A DNA stretch of 53,123 nt from IMG/VR virus record IMGVR_UViG_3300037067_027626. The stretch is one strand, 5' to 3'. Source of the DNA: a virus (taxonomy: Duplodnaviria > Heunggongvirae > Uroviricota > Caudoviricetes). The notes below the pieces were generated by a model. It did not search any database, had not been told where the DNA came from, and saw nothing but the letters and a program-made list of their open reading frames with translations. Positions 1 to 8,290 of this stretch are shown one piece after another. The translations under genes were made by a program, and so were the position numbers. Numbering within the stretch: the first letter of the stretch is position 1; each line of letters starts with the position of its first letter.

Positions 1-340
1 AAAAGAAATCACATTTACTGGTTTTGCCGCCAACATTCAGAGGATTATTACGGTACAGTATGATGCGTGGTCACAGTTCTTTGTGAAATACATGGCTTCT
101 AATGAGGCGAGAGAAGGTTATGCTCTTGCGCCGAAAGAAGCAGAAAGTTGGGTGATTATTGAAAACCCGACTCCAATATTAGCACCGAAGGAAACTAAGG
201 AAATCACGGTTGCTCTTGATATTCCCAAAGGTGCAGTTATACCAGATAAACAGTGGGAATTCTGGACTGTAGCGGGTGAACTTGGTACTGGTACGGTACA
301 ACTTGAGTATGCAACAAGATGGACTGTGATAATGAAATAG
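1..340 (+). CDS. 5'-truncated hypothetical protein, probable Ig-like/beta-rich surface domain
   Basis: The frame of ORF 83..340 is open back to position 2 (KEITFTGFAANIQR...); alternating beta-strand pattern; stop TAG at 338-340. Confidence 0.5.
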   Translation, partial: KEITFTGFAANIQRIITVQYDAWSQFFVKYMASNEAREGYALAPKEAESWVIIENPTPILAPKETKEITVALDIPKGAVIPDKQWEFWTVAGELGTGTVQLEYATRWTVIMK

Positions 341-348
341 GGTAATGA

Positions 349-1209
349 ATGCGAAGGAAATTACTGCGGTTAATAGTAATATTCGTCATAGTAATGATGA
401 ATTGTGTACCTATTATTGCCGCAGAAGTGGACAATGTATTAATTACCGCAACGCCTATGGTAACTGGGGGGATAACAGATTTCACTGTCATTTACACAAG
501 CGATTACCAGTTGGACTTTACATGGGGATATATCCCACCTGCGGTAAATATTATGATAAGGGCAAAGTACGGGAGTTATCCTGATGATATACCGAACTCA
601 CTTACCGCACCGTCAGACGGGTATTTGATTTATTATGGAAGTGGAACAAGTGCAAATGATACGAGCGTTAATTTTGAGGAAAATACAGGAACATTATATA
701 TCAGGGCTTGGGCGCAGAGAGCAAGTGGAGTTTGGTACACAACTCCAGAAGAAGCATCACAGGAGGGCATACCTATGACATTTATATTTTTAGCTATTGT
801 GGCTGGGGTTTTGAGCTATCTTTCCATAAAGGGAAGTAATATCGTTCTGTCTATTGTGGCAGCAGGATTTTGGTTTGCTACAATGGCAGTAATGATTTCA
901 GAACCGCCTACAATACTGGATGTTGGCTCTACTGCTCAGGAAATTGTAATTATAGCTTTGGCGGGTGCGGGTATAGGTATATTTATTACAGGTATTATAA
1001 ATTATGTGGGCAAACGCAAAGAAGCGGTAGCAGAAATACAGTATTATAAAGATGATGGTAATTTAAGTAAAAATCCGCCAAAAAGTTATCGTGCTTATAT
1101 CAGGGCGAGAGAGGTCAATCCCGATGAAGAAGAATCAACGGAACAATATGTAGAGAGGATGCAGAGAGCACACAACAGGCTAAAGATGAAACCAGCAAGA
1201 AGGTATTAA
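349..1209 (+). CDS. Secreted/membrane protein: signal peptide, extracellular beta domain, 3 TM helices, charged cytoplasmic tail
   Basis: MRRK plus hydrophobic N-terminus; three hydrophobic stretches after residue ~143; N-D-T sequon in the ectodomain. Confidence 0.7.
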   Translation: MRRKLLRLIVIFVIVMMNCVPIIAAEVDNVLITATPMVTGGITDFTVIYTSDYQLDFTWGYIPPAVNIMIRAKYGSYPDDIPNSLTAPSDGYLIYYGSGTSANDTSVNFEENTGTLYIRAWAQRASGVWYTTPEEASQEGIPMTFIFLAIVAGVLSYLSIKGSNIVLSIVAAGFWFATMAVMISEPPTILDVGSTAQEIVIIALAGAGIGIFITGIINYVGKRKEAVAEIQYYKDDGNLSKNPPKSYRAYIRAREVNPDEEESTEQYVERMQRAHNRLKMKPARRY

Positions 1210-1210
1210 A

Positions 1211-1423
1211 GTGCAAATATTTGGTCTTACCGAGCGTGGTCTTATGGTGAGTAAAAGTTATCGCAATCCTGATACTCCTGAGTACCGTATTATAGCATCA
1301 ATAGCAAGAACTGACTCTAATAGAGTTACTATGGATAGAATATGTTCTGAAACGGGCTTAACACCGACAATGGCTAGTATGATTATAAGAACAAAACTCA
1401 GGGGTATAGTCGCCTCTGAGTAA
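1211..1423 (+). CDS. Small hypothetical protein, possible winged-HTH
   Basis: GTG start 1 nt after the upstream stop; C-terminal ICSETGLTPTMASMII resembles an HTH. Confidence 0.45.
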   Translation: MQIFGLTERGLMVSKSYRNPDTPEYRIIASIARTDSNRVTMDRICSETGLTPTMASMIIRTKLRGIVASE

Positions 1424-1435
1424 GGAGAAATTAAA

Positions 1436-1639
1436 ATGGGTGTTATTGATATATTTAAAAAGAAAAAGAGTTTTGAGGAACTAGAAGAAGAAAACGAATA
1501 TTTAGACCAAACTATAACCAATAAGCAGAAACGCTTGGAAATCAAAAGATTAAACGAGCAGTTAAAACCTCACGGATTAAATATGAAAGATTTCTTGGGT
1601 AATATAGGGCGGGCTAAAGATTGGCTTGCTAATCATTAA
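1436..1639 (+). CDS. Hypothetical protein with short coiled coil
   Basis: AAGGAG RBS upstream; EELEEENEYLDQ heptad-like stretch. Confidence 0.6.
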   Translation: MGVIDIFKKKKSFEELEEENEYLDQTITNKQKRLEIKRLNEQLKPHGLNMKDFLGNIGRAKDWLANH

Positions 1640-1651
1640 GGAGAATATTAA

Positions 1652-1852
1652 ATGGATAACAGAAGAAAAAAGATAATAAGATTTACGATTATAATGTGGG
1701 TAATAGCAATAGCGTATTTAATACTAGGATTGTATCATACAAAATATGAGATGATAATGTGCCCTATTACGATATTTGTGTGGGGCGTTGTTATGTTTGT
1801 AGTAACCAAACAAAAACCTAAATCTTTGGCTAAATGGCTAGAAACACATTAA
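1652..1852 (+). CDS. Small 2-TM membrane protein
   Basis: AAGGAG RBS; two hydrophobic segments. Confidence 0.6.
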   Translation: MDNRRKKIIRFTIIMWVIAIAYLILGLYHTKYEMIMCPITIFVWGVVMFVVTKQKPKSLAKWLETH

Positions 1853-1872
1853 ATATAGTAGGAGAGAATATT

Positions 1873-2166
1873 ATGGTCAATATATTTAAAATTATGAAAG
1901 ATACTAGTTCAATTGGTTATGATGCCACTCAATTTAAGTATATATCAAAAATAGTTGAAGATACCATAGATAGACTCATAAAAGAGAAAAGGCTTGTGTA
2001 TAAAAGCAATGATAAAGTGATATACACCAATCAGCAAAATATAACGAAGGAATATACTTTTGACGAGTTTGGTGAATTAACGCTTGATGTTATAAAACAC
2101 GCCCGAAAAGGTGGGATAACATCTGCGATGGTTGTCGAAATGCTAAGAGCAAGAAAGTTGGATTAA
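1873..2166 (+). CDS. Hypothetical protein
   Basis: GGAG at 1861 favours ATG 1873 over the track start 1834. Confidence 0.55.
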   Translation: MVNIFKIMKDTSSIGYDATQFKYISKIVEDTIDRLIKEKRLVYKSNDKVIYTNQQNITKEYTFDEFGELTLDVIKHARKGGITSAMVVEMLRARKLD

Positions 2167-2172
2167 ATTAGT

Positions 2173-3882
2173 TTGTGCGGAATAATTGGGATTATATCAA
2201 ATAAACCTGTAATTAACGAATTACTCAATAGTCTTTCTGTTATGTCTTACAGAGGACACGATTCTTTTGGTGTGGCGTTAGTAGATGATAATAAATTGAT
2301 TATTAATAAAGACGTATGCGAGATACGGGATTTAAAAGTAGATAAAACACTAAAAAGCAAGATAGGTCTTGGTCACAACCGTTGGGCTTCGGTTGGGAAA
2401 GTAACAAAAGAAAACGCCCATCCTTTTACCGATTGTTGTGGACAATTAGCCATCGCCCACAATGGTAATATTGAAAACTATAAGCAACTCAAAGATACAT
2501 TAATTAAACGTGGTCATATATTTACATCTGAAACCGATTCAGAAGTTATCTCGCATTTAATTGAGCATTATTTAAAACGGCATGGCTTTAATAATGCGTT
2601 TAGTATAGCGATTCGATGCTTGAAAGGTTCTTATGCGGTTGTAGCAATTCATAGAGACTATCCTTATTTAATGGTTAGTAGAAAAGATAGCCCATTGATG
2701 ATAGGCAGAAATAATGATTCTGTATATGTAGCCAGTGATGAGCAGGCATTTAACGGAATAGAGAATAAGACGGAGATAAAGGACTACCAAGTAATGAGTA
2801 TTTCGCTTGACGGTCATACCGAAGAAGTACACGAAGAAGAAACTCAAAAAAGCGGTTATGCCCATTATATGCTGAAAGAAATATACGAACAGCCTGATAC
2901 TTTGCTTGAAACACTGAAACAGGATAGAAATAAACTAACCAGCGTGTCAATGGACATTTTAAGAGCCAAGGATGTCATTTTAACCGCTTGTGGAACTTCA
3001 CGTTTTGCTACTATTGTAGGTAGATATTTGCTGTTAAAAATAGGTAAACGAATGGGTGAAACGGTAGTCGGTTCGGAACTTCAATACTTAGATGCTTCAT
3101 TTGGTGAAAATACATTAATCATAGCAGTATCGCAAAGTGGTGAAACTGCCGATGTTTTATCGGGTGTGAGATTAGCCAAGCAAAAAGGAAGTCCGATTGT
3201 TTCTATCATTAATAAACCGCTTTCATTATTAGAGAGATTGAGTAACGTAACCATTCCGATGAATTGTGGAGCAGAAATAGCGGTGGCTTCAACTAAGGCT
3301 TTTACGAGTGAATTGGTGATATTTTATCTCTTAGCCTACACATTAGCGAATAAATATGATGAGGGTATGGTGGAACTTTGCTCGTTGCCGAGTGCTATAA
3401 GAGAATGTCTATTGCAAATAGATAAAGTTAAGAAAGTTGCAGAAATGTTGTATACCACAGAACATATTTACTATATAGGGAAAGGTATAAATTTCGCCAT
3501 AGCTGGCGAATGTGCGTTAAAGTTCAAAGAAGTTTCTTATATTCATGCTGAGTCAATGGCGGCGGGCGAACTAAAACATGGCACACTCTCATTAATTGAA
3601 GAAGGAACACCAGTTATAGGAATTTGCCCCAATGATTATACGTATCAGGAAACTATAGCAAATTTGTACGAAATAAAAGCACGAAAAGGATTCGTTATAG
3701 GAATATCGGATAAGAATAATGATGTTTTCGATTCTTGGATACCGATACCGAAAGTTAAGGCTTTATATTATCCTCTAGTCTGTGTGGTAATCGGACAACT
3801 TTTGGCTTACTATGCCGCTATATTAAAAGGCATAAATCCCGACCTCCCCCGTTCACTTTGCAAGGCGGTGACAGTTGTTTAG
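2173..3882 (+). CDS. glmS: Glutamine--fructose-6-phosphate aminotransferase (isomerizing)
   Basis: N-terminal MCGIIG nucleophile, GHNRWA, AHNGNIEN, SQSGETAD, ELKHG, C-terminal NPDLPRSLCKAVTV. Confidence 0.97.
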   Translation: MCGIIGIISNKPVINELLNSLSVMSYRGHDSFGVALVDDNKLIINKDVCEIRDLKVDKTLKSKIGLGHNRWASVGKVTKENAHPFTDCCGQLAIAHNGNIENYKQLKDTLIKRGHIFTSETDSEVISHLIEHYLKRHGFNNAFSIAIRCLKGSYAVVAIHRDYPYLMVSRKDSPLMIGRNNDSVYVASDEQAFNGIENKTEIKDYQVMSISLDGHTEEVHEEETQKSGYAHYMLKEIYEQPDTLLETLKQDRNKLTSVSMDILRAKDVILTACGTSRFATIVGRYLLLKIGKRMGETVVGSELQYLDASFGENTLIIAVSQSGETADVLSGVRLAKQKGSPIVSIINKPLSLLERLSNVTIPMNCGAEIAVASTKAFTSELVIFYLLAYTLANKYDEGMVELCSLPSAIRECLLQIDKVKKVAEMLYTTEHIYYIGKGINFAIAGECALKFKEVSYIHAESMAAGELKHGTLSLIEEGTPVIGICPNDYTYQETIANLYEIKARKGFVIGISDKNNDVFDSWIPIPKVKALYYPLVCVVIGQLLAYYAAILKGINPDLPRSLCKAVTVV

Positions 3883-4609
3883 GATAATATTGTTTGATTT
3901 AGATGGTACTTTAACCGAAAGTAGATTACCTATATCAAAGGAAACTGCGGATTTGGTTAAGGAGTTGCTAAAAGATAAATATGTTGGTGTGGTATCAGGT
4001 TGTTCAATAGACCAGATGAAATATCAACTCGGCAGTGTCTTATCGTCTGATAATTTGAATAACCTATGTTTGTTTCCTTCAACTGCTACGTGTCTTTATG
4101 TTTATGACGGAGGTTGGGTTTGTAAATATAGAGAGGTACTAAATGGAATATTAGCAGAACGGATTAAACAAACTTTACTGAAAGTCTGTAGAAATATTAA
4201 AGTGGAAGAACCTTATGGGGAAGTGATAGACGATAGAGGCGGACAGATAGCGATTGCATTAATGGGGATTAATGCCCCGTTAGATTACAAAGCGTTATAT
4301 GACCCTTATTATAGAAAAAGATTATCGGTGAAACCGATACTAGAACAAGAATTGCCTGAATGCGAAATAACTATTGGTGGCACTACTACGATTACGGTAA
4401 CAAGAAAAGGAATAGATAAAACTAACTGCATATACTTGGTTAAGAAATATTTTAATATTAACAAGGATGAAATATTGTTTATTGGCGATACGATATTTGA
4501 GAATGGTAATGATTACCCAATGAAAAAAGCTGGCGTGGACTGTATTCAAGTGGCTAATCCAGATGAAACCAAAAGAATTATAGGGAGATTGTTGTGCGGT
4601 ATAAATTAA
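3875..4609 (+). CDS. HAD-superfamily IIB phosphomannomutase-like phosphohexomutase/phosphatase
   Basis: Motif I FDLDGTLT; GGTTTITV..KGIDK; IGD..FENGNDYP typical of eukaryotic-type PMM. Confidence 0.85.
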   Translation: MFRIILFDLDGTLTESRLPISKETADLVKELLKDKYVGVVSGCSIDQMKYQLGSVLSSDNLNNLCLFPSTATCLYVYDGGWVCKYREVLNGILAERIKQTLLKVCRNIKVEEPYGEVIDDRGGQIAIALMGINAPLDYKALYDPYYRKRLSVKPILEQELPECEITIGGTTTITVTRKGIDKTNCIYLVKKYFNINKDEILFIGDTIFENGNDYPMKKAGVDCIQVANPDETKRIIGRLLCGIN

Positions 4610-5025
4610 AAGAATTAGAGGAATCAGATATTAACGAAAGTTTATTTGAAACGCTTGGCAACTTGAGAAGTTGTGGGGAATTAACAGTCGATAAAGCAAG
4701 ATTGTTGCTAAAGGGGATTAAAGTAAATCCATTACATAAAATATATGTTGCGTTAGATGGTAAAGATATTGTGGGTATAGCTACGATTATTATTGAGCAA
4801 AAATTCATCAGAAACGGTGGTAAGGTAGGGCATATTGAAGATGTGGCTACTAACAAGGATTATGAAAGAAAAGGAATAGCGTCAGCAATCATACAGAAAC
4901 TCATTAGTATAGCAAAAGAACAAGGTTGCTACAAAGTAATATTAGACTGTAGTGAAGAAAATAAACCATTTTATAAGAAAAACGGATTCAAAGAGTGTGA
5001 ATACGAAATGAGGCTGGATTTGTGA
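4594..5025 (+). CDS. Glucosamine-6-phosphate N-acetyltransferase (GNA1-type GNAT)
   Basis: IEQKFIRNGGKVGHIEDV, KGIASAII, GCYKVILDCSEENKPFYKKNGF match the GNA1 pattern; adjacent to glmS. Confidence 0.88.
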   Translation: MRYKLKELEESDINESLFETLGNLRSCGELTVDKARLLLKGIKVNPLHKIYVALDGKDIVGIATIIIEQKFIRNGGKVGHIEDVATNKDYERKGIASAIIQKLISIAKEQGCYKVILDCSEENKPFYKKNGFKECEYEMRLDL

Positions 5026-5450
5026 AAATTATAGCCTGTACGGTTGCGTTTAATTTTGTCCACTTAGGGCATTGGAAGCACATTGAAGAAGCCAATAAAC
5101 TCGGTGATAAACTTATTGTTATCGTAGCAAATGATGACTCGTTAAGAAAGCAAAAAGGCGGGCATAATTACCCTTTAATGGATAGGTTGGGTATATCTTA
5201 TCCGATAAAATGGCTTAATCCCTTGAATGAAGTTGTGGTTTCCATAGATACAGACGGTACAGTGGCAGAGACTTTAAAAATGATTCGCCCTCAAGTTTTT
5301 GCGAAAGGCGGAGACAGGGATTCGCATAATAGAATGCCTCAGAAAGAACTAGATGTCTGTAAAGAAATAGGGTGCGAAATAGTATACGGAGTTGGTAATG
5401 TATTAAATAGCAGTTCTCGGTTAAAAGAAGTTATATTAAAGAATTATTAA
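5022..5450 (+). CDS. Cytidylyltransferase-like (HIGH) nucleotidyltransferase
   Basis: FNFVHLGH (HxGH), LIVIVAND, FAKGGDR, final SSS motif. Confidence 0.85.
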   Translation: MKIIACTVAFNFVHLGHWKHIEEANKLGDKLIVIVANDDSLRKQKGGHNYPLMDRLGISYPIKWLNPLNEVVVSIDTDGTVAETLKMIRPQVFAKGGDRDSHNRMPQKELDVCKEIGCEIVYGVGNVLNSSSRLKEVILKNY

Positions 5451-5452
5451 AA

Positions 5453-6895
5453 TTGAAGAAAAATCTAGTTATATTAACGTGTTTCATTATATTTGCGGTT
5501 ATTATATTTGTACCGCCGATTGCTAAAGGTTATATCTATCCCAATATCGGGCATGATACCGCCGCCCACATGGAAATATTCGATAGAATTAAAATCGGTG
5601 AGCCTATCCCCCCAGTCAGGTATAATGCTTATTATATTGTCGGTTATCCCCTTGATTTAATAGCTAATATATTTCATACAAATAAAGATGTTCTCTTTTT
5701 CTGGTTTAATTATATTGTGTTGTTCGGTATAGGTTTATCTTTATTCTATATCCTGAAAAACCTCATTAATCTGGCTACGGGTCTTTTGACTTTACTTATA
5801 CCTATTTTTGCCTCATACAGTATATTACTACTCTTTTATAGTGGCGTTATCTTTAATTTAATTAATATATGTATCATATTACCCTTTGCTATCTATTTTA
5901 TGATTAAGTATATTCAGACAATTAAGGCTAAATATGCTGTTGGTTCGGTATTAATGTTTGCCTTATTCTCGATATTCCATATTACAGGTATCTATTTGTC
6001 TTTTATGGTAATTGGGGGATTGTTTCTATATGTATTGTATGTTTGGCGAACAAAACAACGCATTACCAAGAAATATCTGATAATCGGAAGTTTATTAGTA
6101 ATATTCAGTGTCGGGATGTTCATATTGAAGAATAGGATTTCTTTAGGGGTGGAATCCATTATGGTAGGGGGCAATTCAAATGCTAGTGGCTCAATAATGG
6201 TAGGAATCAATCCAAGTGCAAATGAGTCGATAAAAGGATTCCCGCTTATAGAGCAAACATTCATGTATTATCTTTCGCCTATGGTATTAGCGGTCATAAT
6301 CCTTTGCTTTATCAGAATATTCAATCTTTACAAAAAGATTAATAATATAGAAAAATTATTAATAATTATATTCTTATTATTATCTCTCACTATGTTGCCA
6401 GCAATGTTTGGTATATTTTCCCCCATTCCTTTAGTACAGGGATTGGATTTTGCTGTTTTCTTTTCCATACTGGCGACTATATTAGTCGGGATAATTCTGA
6501 GAATGGATAAGAATATAGTAATACCCGTAATATTAATAGTCTTAATCGGCTTTGGTTCTTTCCAGAATATCTATAAGGTAACAGTAGGTTATAATTCCGC
6601 ATTAACCAATCCAGATATAGAAGCGATTGAATACGTGAATAGTCTAACGGCGGATAGTTTTAGCGTTACCAAGAATATAGATATGAGTATTTATAAAAGA
6701 TATGTGAATAAACCTTTTAAAAGTTCAGATGCGGCAATATTAATAGATAGGAATGAACTTATGAGTTCAGGAGGAACATCGTATTTAAAACTTACTCCAC
6801 AAGACTCAGAATATTTCAAAGTAATAAAAACCTTCAGTGAAGGCGATGTTGTAGTGACTGTTTATGGAGATGAAAATATCGGAGTAATAAAATGA
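5453..6895 (+). CDS. Multi-pass membrane protein, probable GT-C-fold glycosyltransferase
   Basis: About 10-11 TM segments; acidic first external loop (GHDTAAHME); soluble C-terminal domain. Confidence 0.55.
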   Translation: MKKNLVILTCFIIFAVIIFVPPIAKGYIYPNIGHDTAAHMEIFDRIKIGEPIPPVRYNAYYIVGYPLDLIANIFHTNKDVLFFWFNYIVLFGIGLSLFYILKNLINLATGLLTLLIPIFASYSILLLFYSGVIFNLINICIILPFAIYFMIKYIQTIKAKYAVGSVLMFALFSIFHITGIYLSFMVIGGLFLYVLYVWRTKQRITKKYLIIGSLLVIFSVGMFILKNRISLGVESIMVGGNSNASGSIMVGINPSANESIKGFPLIEQTFMYYLSPMVLAVIILCFIRIFNLYKKINNIEKLLIIIFLLLSLTMLPAMFGIFSPIPLVQGLDFAVFFSILATILVGIILRMDKNIVIPVILIVLIGFGSFQNIYKVTVGYNSALTNPDIEAIEYVNSLTADSFSVTKNIDMSIYKRYVNKPFKSSDAAILIDRNELMSSGGTSYLKLTPQDSEYFKVIKTFSEGDVVVTVYGDENIGVIK

Positions 6896-8025
6896 AAATA
6901 CTTCAAGCCTTTGAGTATATGTCTTTACAGCATGGCGGTGGAACGGTTGATATTGTTTATAAACTCTCTAAATCGCTTCAACGAAAGGGACATGAAGTTA
7001 CTATAGCCACAAGTGATTATGAGGTTGATTGGAATTATCTGGAAGGTTTGAATGGCGTACATGTCAGGATGTATCGTAATTGGTTTAATTTATTAGGTAT
7101 GTGTATGCCATTGAATATAGTTAACTTAGATATTAAAAGATATGATGTTATCCATTTGCATACTTACCGTAGTTTTATCAATATAGTATTATCCAGTAAA
7201 GCACTTAAATATAAAATTCCTTATATACTGGACTCGCATGGCTCAAATGCGAAAATTTCTAAAACCTTGTTTAAATCATTTTATGATATAACATTCCGCA
7301 GATTATTACATGGGGCGAGTAAAGTGATTGCCGAAACAGAAAATGGAGTCGATGAATATAAATCTTTAGGTATAGAGGAAAGTAAAATAGAAGTATTGCG
7401 TTCTTTTATAGATATAAGCGAGTTTAATCAAGTTCCTTTGTATGGGTTATTCCGAGAAAAATATAAGTTAAGGTCAATACCTATCATATTGTTTGTTGGC
7501 AGGATAAATAAGATAAAAGGCTTAGATTTTCTTATGGAATCCTTTGCTCAATTATTAAAAACAAAAGAAGCAGTTTTGGTTATAGTTGGTCAGGATGATG
7601 GATATAAAGAGGAATTAGAAATTTTAAGACATAATCTAGGTCTTTGGGATGATGTGATTTACACAGGTTTTTTAAATGGAAATGAGAAAAAATCCGCAAT
7701 GGTAGATGCAAATATGTTAATCCAACCCTCAATAAGTGAAGCAGGTGCAAGACCTTCTATTGAGGCATTATTATGTGGAACTCCCGTTGTAGTTACCGCT
7801 TTTACGGGCGCTGGTAAAGAAATAGAAACAATGGATGGCGGTTATTTGGTGGGATATGGTGATATTAAAGGTTTAAGTAACATAATGCAACATATCATTG
7901 ATAATAAAGAATTTGCCCAAATAAAAACACATCACGCACAGAGATATATTAGAAATAATTTCTCATTGGAGAAACAGGTAGAAAGATACGAAAAAATATA
8001 TCAAAAATCTATTGACAGTCATTAA
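6892..8025 (+). CDS. Glycosyltransferase family 4
   Basis: HGGG N-terminal loop, LFVGRINKIKG, PSISEAGARPSIEALLCGTPVV (EX7E). Confidence 0.92.
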   Translation: MKILQAFEYMSLQHGGGTVDIVYKLSKSLQRKGHEVTIATSDYEVDWNYLEGLNGVHVRMYRNWFNLLGMCMPLNIVNLDIKRYDVIHLHTYRSFINIVLSSKALKYKIPYILDSHGSNAKISKTLFKSFYDITFRRLLHGASKVIAETENGVDEYKSLGIEESKIEVLRSFIDISEFNQVPLYGLFREKYKLRSIPIILFVGRINKIKGLDFLMESFAQLLKTKEAVLVIVGQDDGYKEELEILRHNLGLWDDVIYTGFLNGNEKKSAMVDANMLIQPSISEAGARPSIEALLCGTPVVVTAFTGAGKEIETMDGGYLVGYGDIKGLSNIMQHIIDNKEFAQIKTHHAQRYIRNNFSLEKQVERYEKIYQKSIDSH

Positions 8026-8040
8026 ATATCATGTTATATT
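8012..8040 (+). promoter_or_regulatory. sigma70-type promoter with extended -10
   Basis: TTGACA 8012-8017, 17 bp, TATATT 8035-8040 preceded by TG at 8032-8033. Confidence 0.7.
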
Positions 8041-8057
8041 AATTGTAATAACATGAT
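8028..8057. promoter_or_regulatory. Inverted repeat overlapping the -10 box, candidate operator
   Basis: ATCATGTTAT (8028-8037) and ATAACATGAT (8048-8057), perfect 10-bp arms with a 10-bp spacer. Confidence 0.5.
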
Positions 8058-8076
8058 TAATCTAATGGTATATTAA

Positions 8077-8247
8077 ATGGTAGATTTAATAAATATAAAA
8101 GAATTGCGTAATAGTTTAGGATTAAGTCAGCAGCAATTTGCACAGAAACTAGGTGTTGGATTGATGACTGTTAGCCGTTGGGAAAGAGGAAAAAGTAAAC
8201 CATCGCACTTAGCACTTGAAAAGATTAAGAAGATAATACCTAAATAG
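8077..8247 (+). CDS. XRE/Cro-family HTH regulator (56 aa, absent from ORF track)
   Basis: Manual translation MVDLINIKELRNSLGLSQQQFAQKLGVGLMTVSRWERGKSKP... is a canonical HTH_3 pattern. Confidence 0.9.
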   Translation: MVDLINIKELRNSLGLSQQQFAQKLGVGLMTVSRWERGKSKPSHLALEKIKKIIPK

Positions 8248-8290
8248 CGACTATTGAACTAGAATCGAGTTCCGCTAACTGAGGGGTTAA

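Noticed and set aside
2100-2172. glmS ribozyme upstream of glmS
   Set aside because: Only 6 bp separate glmS from the previous ORF; no leader.
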